64,000 nt of DNA. Origin: an uncultured Phycisphaerales bacterium (lineage in GTDB: Bacteria; Planctomycetota; Phycisphaerae; Sedimentisphaerales; Anaerobacaceae). This document shows, piece by piece, positions 9,460 through 20,285 of this stretch. Numbering within the stretch: the first letter of the stretch is position 1; every line of letters begins with the position of its first letter. Where the stretch lies: the NCBI GenBank assembly GCA_963772725.1, contig CAVYYI010000001.1, positions 640,001-704,000 of the forward strand, given 5' to 3'. The notes under the pieces were generated by a model. The model had not been told where the DNA came from, did not search any database, and worked only from the letters and a program-made list of their open reading frames with translations. Both the position numbers and the translations under genes were made by a program.

Positions 9460-9842
9460 TTTGTCCCGAAAATATAAGGAGCGTCAAACCAAGGCTGCTT
9501 CCAGAACCCCCGCCAAGGGGTACGACAGAACAGCACAAAGCCGACGCTCCCGTTTCGGGAACGTGGTTCAAGCACTGCATCTGTCGTTAAGAGACCCAAA
9601 GGCTCAATTTGGCGGTTTTCTGGGAAACAGATACTTGATGCTCACGCATCACTCAAATTGTCAATTATTCTTACAGATTTTTCCTTTCAAATTTTTCATA
9701 CAACAATAAAAAGAGTTTACCAACTCTTGATTTTGATGACAAGTTTAATCCATAGTTGCTGTACCAGAAAAAAATTTTCTCTCGTAAGCAATAGTAAGTA
9801 ATGTTGTTACGATTTTGTGATAAAAATACTCCTAAAATTATT

Positions 9843-9870
9843 TTGCATTATCGTAACAATATGTTATAAT
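9843..9870 (+). promoter_or_regulatory. Sigma70-type promoter
   Basis: TTGCAT-16 nt-TATAAT with extended -10 TG, upstream of ORF 9922. Confidence 0.55.
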
Positions 9871-9921
9871 GAAGATATGGAAAATCGAGTATATTAACTT
9901 TTTTCGCAAAGGAGAATTAAA

Positions 9922-10197
9922 ATGGCAAAAGTAAAAGGTAAAACGACTGGTGTTGGGGTCTGTCAAACGTGGCTGGTAGCTTTCGGCAAAAAGGAGTTAA
10001 AAACTGCTGAGCAAGTGAGTAAATTTATGCACAGCGAATTCGCTGCCAGAGACAGTAAGATTTTCGACCATCCAAACGTGGTAATTTCCAGAGCAAACTA
10101 TGGACTGCTGGACGGCAAGAAACACGACTTCAAAAAATATCCTACTGGTTCAGACAAGCCAAAGAAACAGCTTGACGAAAAGAAAAAACAAAGCTAA
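9922..10197 (+). CDS. Small basic hypothetical protein
   Basis: AAAGGAG RBS and upstream promoter. Confidence 0.65.
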   Translation: MAKVKGKTTGVGVCQTWLVAFGKKELKTAEQVSKFMHSEFAARDSKIFDHPNVVISRANYGLLDGKKHDFKKYPTGSDKPKKQLDEKKKQS

Positions 10198-10307
10198 ACT
10201 TTTAGTGTATTCAATGGGAATACAGGATATTGACAGGTGCTATATGAAGTCGGTATGGTGTTGAAGCATGAGCATAAGGAAATTTCAATAAAAGAAAGGA
10301 ACCTAAA

Positions 10308-10562
10308 ATGCTCGACTATAAAAAAACGATAATGAAAAAAATTCGGCAAGGAAGTTTGTATACTTTCAATCAACTCTTTAGATTTTTGGCAGCTAAAGAA
10401 ACAGATGGATTGGATAGTGACGATATCAAAGTTGAAATTGCGAATACTTTGGACACTTTGGTACAAGAAGACAAACTGCAAATTTTCTATGATAGATTAA
10501 ACTGTGATGTCTGTTTCGGCAGACGGGAAAGAATTGAAAATAAGAAAGGAGTCGTTTTTTGA
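10308..10562 (+). CDS. Small hypothetical protein (winged-helix-like)
   Basis: AAAGGA RBS; 84 aa. Confidence 0.5.
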   Translation: MLDYKKTIMKKIRQGSLYTFNQLFRFLAAKETDGLDSDDIKVEIANTLDTLVQEDKLQIFYDRLNCDVCFGRRERIENKKGVVF

Positions 10563-10723
10563 AAATTCTGACAAAAAAACGCAACCTATGGAGTTACCAG
10601 AGAGAAGTTTTAGTTTAGTAATTTGTTCTGTAAAAGAGTTTAACCGTTGATGAGTAATTTAGTTACGAAAATAAGGAGCAGTGGCAGAGTGGCTGAACGC
10701 GACGGTCTTGAAAACCGTTGTGC

Positions 10724-12242
<1,519 letters not shown>

Positions 12243-12309
12243 TCAAAGTTTTCAGATACTTTAATTATATACAATATGATTATATGGTTGTAAAGAACAA
12301 CAAATCTCC

Positions 12310-12338
12310 TTGAAAGAAAAAAGATTTAACGGTAGAAT
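12310..12338 (+). promoter_or_regulatory. Sigma70-type promoter of the CBASS operon
   Basis: TTGAAA-17 nt-TAGAAT, 13 nt upstream of the ATG at 12352. Confidence 0.55.
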
Positions 12339-12351
12339 TGAAATAATATAC

Positions 12352-13203
12352 ATGGCTATACCAGAATCACAATTAGAAATATGGTCGCATCAGGGTGCGG
12401 TTGCAACCGCTAAAGCAACAGCCGACTCTGTTAAGAATGCCTTAAATACTTATAATAGTTGGCCTGATGGGGTTGATTTTGAGGTTTATTTACAGGGTTC
12501 TTATAAAAACGACACTAACATTCGCGGTGATAGCGATGTAGATGTTGTTGTTCAACTTAATTCAACCTTCTATAGCAATCTTTCCGAATCTCAGAAGAGT
12601 ATATTGGGTTTGACACCAGCTTCTTATAGTTTGCAAACCTTCAGGGTAGAAGTTTTGAATGTTTTAAAAGGATATTATGGGCAGAGCCAAATAGTCGAAG
12701 GAAACAAATCAATAAAAATAAAAGCGAATAGCGGGAGATTGCCTGCCGACGTTGTGGTTTGTTCACAGTATAGGTACTACAAACCTATAAATAGCTATGA
12801 TTTTATTGAGGGGATGTGTTTTTGGACTGGAAATGATAATAGGCAAGTTATAAATTATCCCAAAACTCATTACGATAATGGGGTTTCAAAACATCAAAAT
12901 AGTAATGGGTGGCATAAGCCAACGGTTAGATTGTTTAAAAATTTGCGAGGGAATCTTGCCGGAGACGCGACGCCGTCATATTTTTTGGAATGTATGCTCT
13001 ACAATGTGCCCAGTATGAAATTTGGCACAAGTTATGGCGATACGTTTTGTAGTGTTGTAAATTGGCTTAATGAAAATAGGTTAGACGATTTTATATGTCA
13101 AAATAGCCGATTAAATCTTTTCGGTCCGACACAGGAACAGTGGAATACGACGCAGGCAAAGGAATTTATAAAAAATTTAATTTCAGTTTGGAATAACTGG
13201 TAA
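12352..13203 (+). CDS. CBASS CD-NTase (cGAS/DncV-like nucleotidyltransferase, CdnE-like)
   Basis: YLQGSYKNDTNIRGDSDVDVVV, GNKSIKI, ADVV, INYPKTH, PSYFLECMLYNVP. Confidence 0.93.
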   Translation: MAIPESQLEIWSHQGAVATAKATADSVKNALNTYNSWPDGVDFEVYLQGSYKNDTNIRGDSDVDVVVQLNSTFYSNLSESQKSILGLTPASYSLQTFRVEVLNVLKGYYGQSQIVEGNKSIKIKANSGRLPADVVVCSQYRYYKPINSYDFIEGMCFWTGNDNRQVINYPKTHYDNGVSKHQNSNGWHKPTVRLFKNLRGNLAGDATPSYFLECMLYNVPSMKFGTSYGDTFCSVVNWLNENRLDDFICQNSRLNLFGPTQEQWNTTQAKEFIKNLISVWNNW

Positions 13204-13204
13204 T

Positions 13205-13801
13205 ATGCACCCATATTCAATCGACACGGAAGAAAGAAAAAAGATTCTACTAATCTTGGCAATAGTAAGTATTATTTTAGCCTGGTGTTTTTATAAAATA
13301 CTTAACAATTATCAAATCGTTTTACTCTGGTGGATTGAGAGCCCATCTGTATTATTTTTCTATGAGTTGCTTTTTGTTGCCTTTGATAAATGGCTATGGC
13401 AATATTTTGAGAAATTCGGTCTTGTGAAAACTCCGAACTTGAACGGAGGATGGAAAGGGTATTTGAGATCATCCTTTGATGAGCATTCTACAAAGATTAA
13501 AGCAACCTTGAAAATATTCCAGACCTGGACAAGAATAAAGATATTATTGACAACAGAAAGCTCGTCGTCATGTAGCGAAACAGCCTCTGTTATAACTGAC
13601 GCTCCCGAAGGTAAATATTTAAGTTATTAATACATTAACGAACCGAAATCAAACGCTGTTAAGACTATGAGTATTCATAGAGGGACAGTAAAATTATTGT
13701 TTGACGAAGAGAAAAATGTTTTAGATGGTGAGTATTATTCCGGCAGAGATAGACAGAATTTTGGGAGCTTATATTTTAAAAAAGATCAATCACACAACTA
13801 A
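13205..13801 (+). pseudogene. CBASS Cap15-like 2TM/beta-barrel effector with in-frame TAA at 13628-13630
   Basis: Two TM helices, FDKWLW...PNLNGGWKG, IFQTW; after the TAA the same frame continues YINEPKSNAVKTMSIHRGT...LDGEYYSGRDRQNFGSLYF to a stop at 13799-13801. Confidence 0.88.
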
Positions 13802-13804
13802 GAT

Positions 13805-15052
13805 TTAAAACATTGCGTATTTTTCCTGTGATGCTTTGATTATTTCCTTTTTACAAGATATTCTTTTTTGGGGGTGTAGAAGCGTTATAGCACTGAACGG
13901 TCTTGATGCCACGCCGTCAATCAATAGCTTTAGATATATGTGGTAGTTGGGCAGATTAACCAAATCTTCTTCGCTGAAAACCGGATAAAATTCCCTGGCC
14001 ATGTATTCTGCATCCTCAGCGCCGAGCCTGAATGAAATTATTGTCCCGACATTGCCGAATATCGCCGCTCTTATCTTTTCGTCAAGCTGCTCAATATACT
14101 GATGGCACAGGATAAGATTCAGTCCGTATTTTCTTGCCTCAGACAGGATATCCGCGAAAGACAGGGTTAGAAAATTGTGCATTTCATCAACGTACAGGTA
14201 AAATCCACGCCTGGTATTTTCAGGTATATCTGCCCGGCTTAATGCGGCCAGTTGCATCTGAGTTGCAAGCATCGCACCAAGCAGGGAACAGTTATCTTCA
14301 CCTATTTTGCCTTTGGATAGATTAGCGATAAAGATTTTCCCTTCGTCCATCACCTTCCTGAAACGGAAGGTGTTTTTCTTTTGGCCTACGATATTCCTAA
14401 GGGGTTTGCTGGTTAAGAATTGTCCTACCTTATTTAAAATAGGCGCTGTGGCCTCAGTTTTTAGCCAGGCAGAGTATTTTTCAAACTCAAAAAGCCAGAA
14501 CTCTCTTACCTGCTGATGAGTCACGTGCTTTAAAACCTGCTGCCTAAAATCCTTATTGGTTAAGAGCCTTGGTATATCCAGTAGGGTGCTATCGGGATAT
14601 TCCAGAAGCGTCAGGATTGAATGTCTCAGGATATGCTCTAACCTTGGCCCCCAGAACTCAGACCAGACCTTTTTAAATACGGAGATAAGTCCTGATGTTA
14701 CCAGGTGATGATATTCAGGGTTTACTGCCGCAAGGGGGTTAAAAGGAACCGGGTATTCGGTATCAGCAGGATTAAAGTAAATAACATCGTTTACGCGTGT
14801 TTGGGGGATATAGTTTAAAATGTCCTCGGCCAAATCACCGTGGGGGTCGATTAAGGCAAGACCATAACCTGTCTTAATATCAGATATAACCATATTCTCA
14901 ATCAGGGTGGATTTGCCTGTTCCGGTTTTTCCAATTATATACATATGACCACGGCGGTTTTTCTGTTTTATGCCGAATATTTTCCTTATATCCCTGTAGT
15001 TCGTGACGGCAAAAGGGGTAATCTGATTTTTGTCATTATTCTCTTTGTCCAT
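13805..15052 (-). CDS. TraD/TrwB (type IV coupling protein)/HerA-like ATPase
   Basis: HMYIIGKTGTGKS, LIDPHGDL, LYVDEMHNF, ILSEARKY, HQYIEQL, FGNVGTIISFR. Confidence 0.9.
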   Translation of the reverse strand: MDKENNDKNQITPFAVTNYRDIRKIFGIKQKNRRGHMYIIGKTGTGKSTLIENMVISDIKTGYGLALIDPHGDLAEDILNYIPQTRVNDVIYFNPADTEYPVPFNPLAAVNPEYHHLVTSGLISVFKKVWSEFWGPRLEHILRHSILTLLEYPDSTLLDIPRLLTNKDFRQQVLKHVTHQQVREFWLFEFEKYSAWLKTEATAPILNKVGQFLTSKPLRNIVGQKKNTFRFRKVMDEGKIFIANLSKGKIGEDNCSLLGAMLATQMQLAALSRADIPENTRRGFYLYVDEMHNFLTLSFADILSEARKYGLNLILCHQYIEQLDEKIRAAIFGNVGTIISFRLGAEDAEYMAREFYPVFSEEDLVNLPNYHIYLKLLIDGVASRPFSAITLLHPQKRISCKKEIIKASQEKYAMF

Positions 15053-15195
15053 ATTCTGATCGTATATCCACAAGCCCTTTACTAAAAGAAAGGGCTTGTT
15101 GCTCAAATAGGCAAATCTGCCAATCTTGTTGGGATATCACCATAGGCTAAACTGAAAATAGAACATTAAAAACTTTATTTAGGAGAATAAAAATT

Positions 15196-15522
15196 ATGGC
15201 AAAGAAAATGACATGTATCGAAGTAAGAACAGTTGAAGGAAAACACATTTTTAGCTTGTACCTCTCTGAGAAAGAAATCGATTCTGATGCGGAAGGAGCC
15301 GGAGGCAACAATCAAAACGGCAACGCCACAAACGGCGATTCGCCGATGACAGATGCCCAGAAGAGGTATCTGTTTAGAATCCTTGCCGAGCAGGGCTTTG
15401 AGAACGAGAAGGCCCATAAGCATTTAAAGAAACTCTTCGGCGTAGATGAGTTAGATGAAGTCACCAAGCTCGAAGCAAGCAAGATGATTGAGAGCTTATT
15501 GGAAAAGGCTGAGAGCAAGTAA
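15196..15522 (+). CDS. Hypothetical mobile-element protein
   Basis: AGGAG RBS; MTDAQKRYL...TKLEASKMIE helical motif. Confidence 0.7.
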   Translation: MAKKMTCIEVRTVEGKHIFSLYLSEKEIDSDAEGAGGNNQNGNATNGDSPMTDAQKRYLFRILAEQGFENEKAHKHLKKLFGVDELDEVTKLEASKMIESLLEKAESK

Positions 15523-15535
15523 GGAGGAGTTAGCT

Positions 15536-15844
15536 ATGGAACTGCTTACTCAAGAGATTCGCAGGAAACTGCCGCTGCTTTATTCACAGGAAAAATTAGG
15601 CGGGCAGGCAATTGTTTATGTAAAGTTCTTCACGCCGGATTCAAACTGGACATGGTACGCAACAGAATTTGACGGGGAAGACACCTTCTTTGGTCTTGTG
15701 GACGGCCATTGCAGAGAGCTTGGCTATTTTAGCCTCTCGGAACTCAAGGAAGTTCATGGGCCATGCGGTCTTTCGATTGAAAGAGACCTTAATTGGCAGC
15801 CAAAGAGGCTGGAAGAGATTGCTCCGGAGATGTTCGCACCTTAG
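15536..15844 (+). CDS. DUF2958-family protein
   Basis: KFFTPDSNWTWYATE...FFGLVDG...ELGYFSLSEL...IERDL; AAGGAGGA RBS. Confidence 0.85.
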   Translation: MELLTQEIRRKLPLLYSQEKLGGQAIVYVKFFTPDSNWTWYATEFDGEDTFFGLVDGHCRELGYFSLSELKEVHGPCGLSIERDLNWQPKRLEEIAPEMFAP

Positions 15845-15914
15845 GAGTTGGATATGTAACTTGTTTTGGAAAGTAAACCAATTATTAACCGTTTAATTTA
15901 GAAAGGGTAAAGTT

Positions 15915-16184
15915 ATGAAAGTAGAAATTTTCAGACTCACAGGCCAGCCTGTAACTATCGAGGTTCAGGAAAATGGAACCGTCAGGGATGTGTTTTCACA
16001 TCCTGAGAGTGGCCAGGTAATCGGCAGGGAAGGAACTCTATTGAAGGCTGCCGAGGAAATTTATGGCAGTATTCAGTCCATGGGAAGTCTCAGGATTAAT
16101 GGTTCTGCGGCTACACTGGATACCAAGGTTACAGCAGGTTCAACAATCCTGATTATCCCGAAAGTAGAAGGCGGTCTGGCCTAA
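15915..16184 (+). CDS. Ubiquitin-like (beta-grasp) protein with C-terminal GG-LA
   Basis: MKVEIFRLTGQPVTIEV...TVRDV...LRING...LDTKVTAGSTILIIPKVEGG-LA. Confidence 0.85.
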   Translation: MKVEIFRLTGQPVTIEVQENGTVRDVFSHPESGQVIGREGTLLKAAEEIYGSIQSMGSLRINGSAATLDTKVTAGSTILIIPKVEGGLA

Positions 16185-16220
16185 CAGGCGTAGGATTAAA
16201 CCAAGCATTTTTCTCACAGA

Positions 16221-16262
16221 AAGGGCTGGCAGGAAATTAAATTTCGCCGGCCCTTATTTTTT
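16221..16262 (+). terminator. Intrinsic terminator-like hairpin between the Ubl and E2 genes
   Basis: AAGGGCTGGC...GCCGGCCCTT followed by ATTTTTT. Confidence 0.55.
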
Positions 16263-16276
16263 GGAGGTTAACAAAA

Positions 16277-17714
16277 ATGGAACATGAAAAGATAATACCA
16301 CCAGTTACGATATACCGCTGGCAAAGTCTGGCCATGCCGGAAAATGAAATCAGAAACATTCTTACATACCTTGCCTACAAGACTGATAAACCTGTAACAT
16401 TCCGCTGGTACAGCGAGAATGAAGGATACAGTGAAAATTCTGTAAGCGTGCGTGTGGCGGTTGCAGACGGCCTTTGTAAAGTAAGCAGGGCGGAGGTCAT
16501 AAAGATTGCAGACAGCAGATACACACCATCAGAGAACCAAAATACCGTTGATATTGAAACAAATGTCCCAGAGGGAAAACAGATTCTCGATGACGATTCT
16601 CTGACTCTTGCCTATGTCGACCACAACAGGATTATTATCCTAATCGAACTTACTGCCAATGATAACCAGGAAACAAGGGCCATACTATCTTACATAATTG
16701 AGCGTTCTATCGAACTGCTTGATTTTAAGATGACTGATAAGCTGCTTGAGCAGCGAAAAGAGCTTGCTCAACGTTTCTGCGAGGCCTTTGCTAAGGGTGT
16801 TCGGGACAAAATAACCGAAAAGGAAGATAACTTAAATAATGGAGAACGTGAAGCCCAGAGCGCCTATTATACAATCCTTGATTTTGAACGCAGTAAACCT
16901 GTCATCCAGAAGGAACTAAAGTATCTAAAGAAACTTCGGCAAATCCGCAGGCCGAGGTTATTTCACATCCAGGCGCAAAGGTCTTATTGAACTGCTCGCA
17001 TCAGGCCAGTACGATAGTATAGATGCCGATGAGGATGGTTTAATAACAGCCGTTACTTCGCCTGTAACCATTGAATATGACAACAGGTCGTTTCCTATGG
17101 GAAGATACCAGATAAGTATCGATTCAAAGGGCAACCTAAAGATAGAAGCTCTTGATAAACATCCAAATGCCGAGCATCCACACCCCCATATAGCTACCGA
17201 TGGCCAGCCGTGCCTCGGCAATATCGCTCCGGATATCCCTAAGATGATTGGTTCAATGCGTATGGCTGAAGTGCTCACCGTGCTGCATGAGTTCCTCTGC
17301 CAGTACAACTCTGGCAATCCTTATGAGAAGATTGGCTCTTTCGACCCAACAGGCCAGTACGAAGATGAAGACAACCCCTGTGAGGATTGCAATGATTCGT
17401 GCAGTCCATACTGTATCAACGAATGCGGGAGCAACGACGGCCAGTATAGCTGTAGAGATTGCAATGACTGTCGCAGCGAGTACTGCTATATAGAGTGCGA
17501 CTATAACCAGGATTTCGATAAGTTCAGCCCCTGCGACGACTGTTCAGAAAGCGGTACAAAACACTGCTATCTGGCCTGCCGCTACAATAAAAGCTGGAAA
17601 CTTCACCAGCCCTGTGATGACGACTGCCAGTTCGAGGATTGCGATGCCGAATGTCCTTACTTTAAAAAGCTTCAGGACATAGAAAAGGAGGCCAGCCATG
17701 CAAACGCAGAATAA
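16277..17714 (+). CDS. Prokaryotic E2 (UBC-like) domain protein with coiled coil and Cys-rich tail; 1-nt insertion near 16978
   Basis: Removing one A in GCGCAAAGGT joins the two ORFs (~478 aa). HPHIATDGQPCLG has the UBC HPN[IV]xxxGx[IV]CL spacing (Cys codon 17211-17213); 18 Cys in the tail. Confidence 0.75.
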
Positions 17715-17815
17715 AGAGAAAGAAACGCCGCAGGCAGAAAAGGAGTTTATTATCGCCTCTGACAGCCAACCACAATGGCCTGCGGGAATTATCGTATCCA
17801 GGAAAAAGAGGATGA
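17698..17815 (+). pseudogene. 5' stub (39 codons) of the next operon gene, truncated by IS21
   Basis: AAGGAGG RBS, ATG at 17698, reads MQTQNKEKETPQAEKEFIIASDSQPQWPAG... into the IS21 left end. Confidence 0.6.
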
Positions 17816-17918
17816 TGATCAGCGACAATTATTCTTACCTTCCGGCGACAGTTAAAAGTTCCGGATGAATTAAAGTTGGAATATGCTATCTGAAACTCAT
17901 TAAGTCAGGAGATTTCAG

Positions 17919-19405
17919 ATGGTTAAAGACAAACAGGTAAGGAGATTGTTCGCTATGAAAAACAAATGCAAGACCTTATATCAGCTTGCAGACAAGGCTG
18001 GTATAAGCACTAAAACCGCCCGCAAGTATTTAAAAACGGGCGTGCTGCCCAGCCAATGCCAAGCTATCCACGACTGGCCCACCCATCCGGATGCCTTTGC
18101 AGGGGATTGGCCATGGGTTGAAGAATTCCTCAAAAACAACTCCGGTCTTGAATCTAAATCGCTTTTTGAGGCTCTGCAGCGTGAATATCCCGGTAAATAC
18201 CAGGACAGCGAATTAAGAACCTTCCAGAGACGAGTAAAACAATGGAAAGCCTTGTCCGGTCCGGCTCAGGAAGTGTTTTTTCCACAAATCTATAAACCCG
18301 GCCAATGGTGCGAATCAGACTTTACCAGGATGAATAAGCTGGGTATCACCATTTGCGGCATACCTTTTATTCACATGCTGTACCATTTTGTATTGTGTTT
18401 GTCGAACTGGGAAACCGTCACGGTATGTTTTTCAGAAAGCTATGAAAGTTTAAGTGCCGGTATTCAAAATGCCCTCTGGAAGTTAGGCGGCATACCACGC
18501 TATCATAGGACTGATAATTTAACCTGTGCGGTTAACAAGGTAGGCAATCCTGAGGAATTCACGGCTAACTATCAGGGTCTTGCGAATCATTATGGTTTCC
18601 AAAGCTGTAAAATCCAGCCTCACTGTCCGAATGAAAACGGCGATATAGAGCAGCGTCATCACAGGTTAAAGAGAGCTGTTGAACAGGCGTTAATCCTTAG
18701 AGGAAGCAGAGATTTTAACAGCAGGAAAGATTATGAAATGTTTCTTGAAAAGCTGCTCGACCAACTCAATACCGGCCGCACAAAACTCTTGGCCGAAGAG
18801 TTAAAGGTTCTGCGGCAATTGCCAACCCGCAGGCATGAAGATTTCACCAGGGATAAATGCAGGGTAAGTCGTGGTCTACGGTCCGAGTTCTTAAGAACAG
18901 CTATTCTGTTCACAGCAGGCTTAGGGGAGAAAATGTTGACGTTCGAATATATGCCGAACATATCGAAGTCTGGTATGCTCAAAGAAGAATTGAAGTATTG
19001 CCCAGATTACACGGTGAAAACGGTCATTACATCAATTACCGCCACGTTATAGATACCCTTGTTCGCAAACCCGGGGCGTTTGAGAACTATTGCTATAAAG
19101 ATGATATGTTTCCCACAAGTCAGTTCAGGATCGCATATGATCTCCTGCGTGATCAACATGGGATGAAGCAGGGTAATAAGCAGTATCTGAAAATTCTTGA
19201 ATTAGCTGCCAACGAAAGCCAGACATCTGTCAATGAAGCTTTGCGGTTCCTGATCAACCATGCAGATGCGATTGATTTTGATATGGTAGAACAAATAGTC
19301 AAATCCGAACAACAGCCGCCGGATGTCACTGACGTTTGTGTTGGCGATATTGATCTGAACAGTTATGACTGTCTACTTGAATCGGCGGAGGCACTACTGG
19401 TATGA
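17919..19405 (+). CDS. istA: IS21 transposase IstA (1-nt deletion near 18868)
   Basis: TARKYL HTH, CESDFT, RTDN, ENGDIE; second frame KNSYSVHSRL...YRHVIDTLVRKPGAF. Confidence 0.93.
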
Positions 19406-20166
19406 GTAAAAATGATCTGGATAATCAGCTTGTAAACCTTCTCAAAGAACTTCACCTGCCGATGTTCCGTGAATATTACGCCGAGTTCGCTCAGAAGGCT
19501 ATCGCCGAAGATATGGGTTATTCACAATATCTATTGGAATTGGCTCAGCGTGAGTGTGATGTTCGCAGAGCCAATAAAATCGCAAGGCTGGTAAAAGCCT
19601 CAAAGCTTCCTATGGAAAAGACCATGGCAAACTTTGATTTTAAACGTATGCCGTTGAAGATACGTCAGCAGGTCAAAATTCTTTTGGAAGGTTCATTTGT
19701 TGACAGAACAGAGAATATTCTTGCATTTGGCAAACCCGGCAGCGGTAAGACACATTTACTGTGTGGTATCTGTCATGAACTTGCCCGGCAGGGAAAAAAG
19801 GTTTACTTTACTACGTGTGATATGATGTTGCAGGAGTTATTACGAGCCAAGCAGGAGTTGAAGCTGGACAAATGGCTCAAGAAGCTGTCACAGTACGAGG
19901 CATTGATGATAGATGACTTCGGCTATGTCAAACAGAACCGCGAGGAGATGGAGGTGCTGTTTACCTTATTAGCTCATTGTTATGAACGTGGCAGCGTGTT
20001 GATTACCAGCAATCTGCCGTTCAGTAAATGGGAAGTCATCTTTAAGGATCCGATGACCACTGCAGCAGCGATCGACCGGCTGGTACATCATAGTGTGATC
20101 CTTGAATTGAATGTACCGAGCTACCGAGCTGAGGAAGCTCAGAGACGGAAAAATAAGGACACGTAA
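19402..20166 (+). CDS. istB: IS21 helper ATPase IstB
   Basis: GKPGSGKTHL, MIDDFGY, ITSNLPFSKW, AAIDRLVHH. Confidence 0.96.
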   Translation: MSKNDLDNQLVNLLKELHLPMFREYYAEFAQKAIAEDMGYSQYLLELAQRECDVRRANKIARLVKASKLPMEKTMANFDFKRMPLKIRQQVKILLEGSFVDRTENILAFGKPGSGKTHLLCGICHELARQGKKVYFTTCDMMLQELLRAKQELKLDKWLKKLSQYEALMIDDFGYVKQNREEMEVLFTLLAHCYERGSVLITSNLPFSKWEVIFKDPMTTAAAIDRLVHHSVILELNVPSYRAEEAQRRKNKDT

Positions 20167-20285
20167 TGTCCGAAATTTTGCCCCCCATGGGGGGCACCTC
20201 CTAAAGGCTATAAGCTAAGGTAAGTGTTATGAAGTAACGGTAAAAATAACTGTCGTTGAAGGGAAATTATAATTGACGCCGGACA

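Larger units (their letters stand above)
17816..20285 (+). mobile_element. IS21-family insertion sequence
   Basis: Imperfect ~47-bp TG...CA terminal inverted repeats (TGATCAGCGACAATTAT... and ...ATAATTGACGCCGGACA) enclosing istA and istB. Confidence 0.92.

Noticed and set aside
12352..17714. CD-NTase plus Ubl/E2 genes as a type II CBASS (Cap2/Cap3)
   Set aside because: They are separated by an oppositely oriented ATPase and two other genes; the CD-NTase ends in WNNW rather than a conjugatable Gly/Ala tail; there is no E1-E2 fusion or JAB.
20180..20196. GCCCCCCATGGGGGGC palindrome after istB
   Set aside because: Lies inside the IS21 right end; most simply an IS-internal hairpin.
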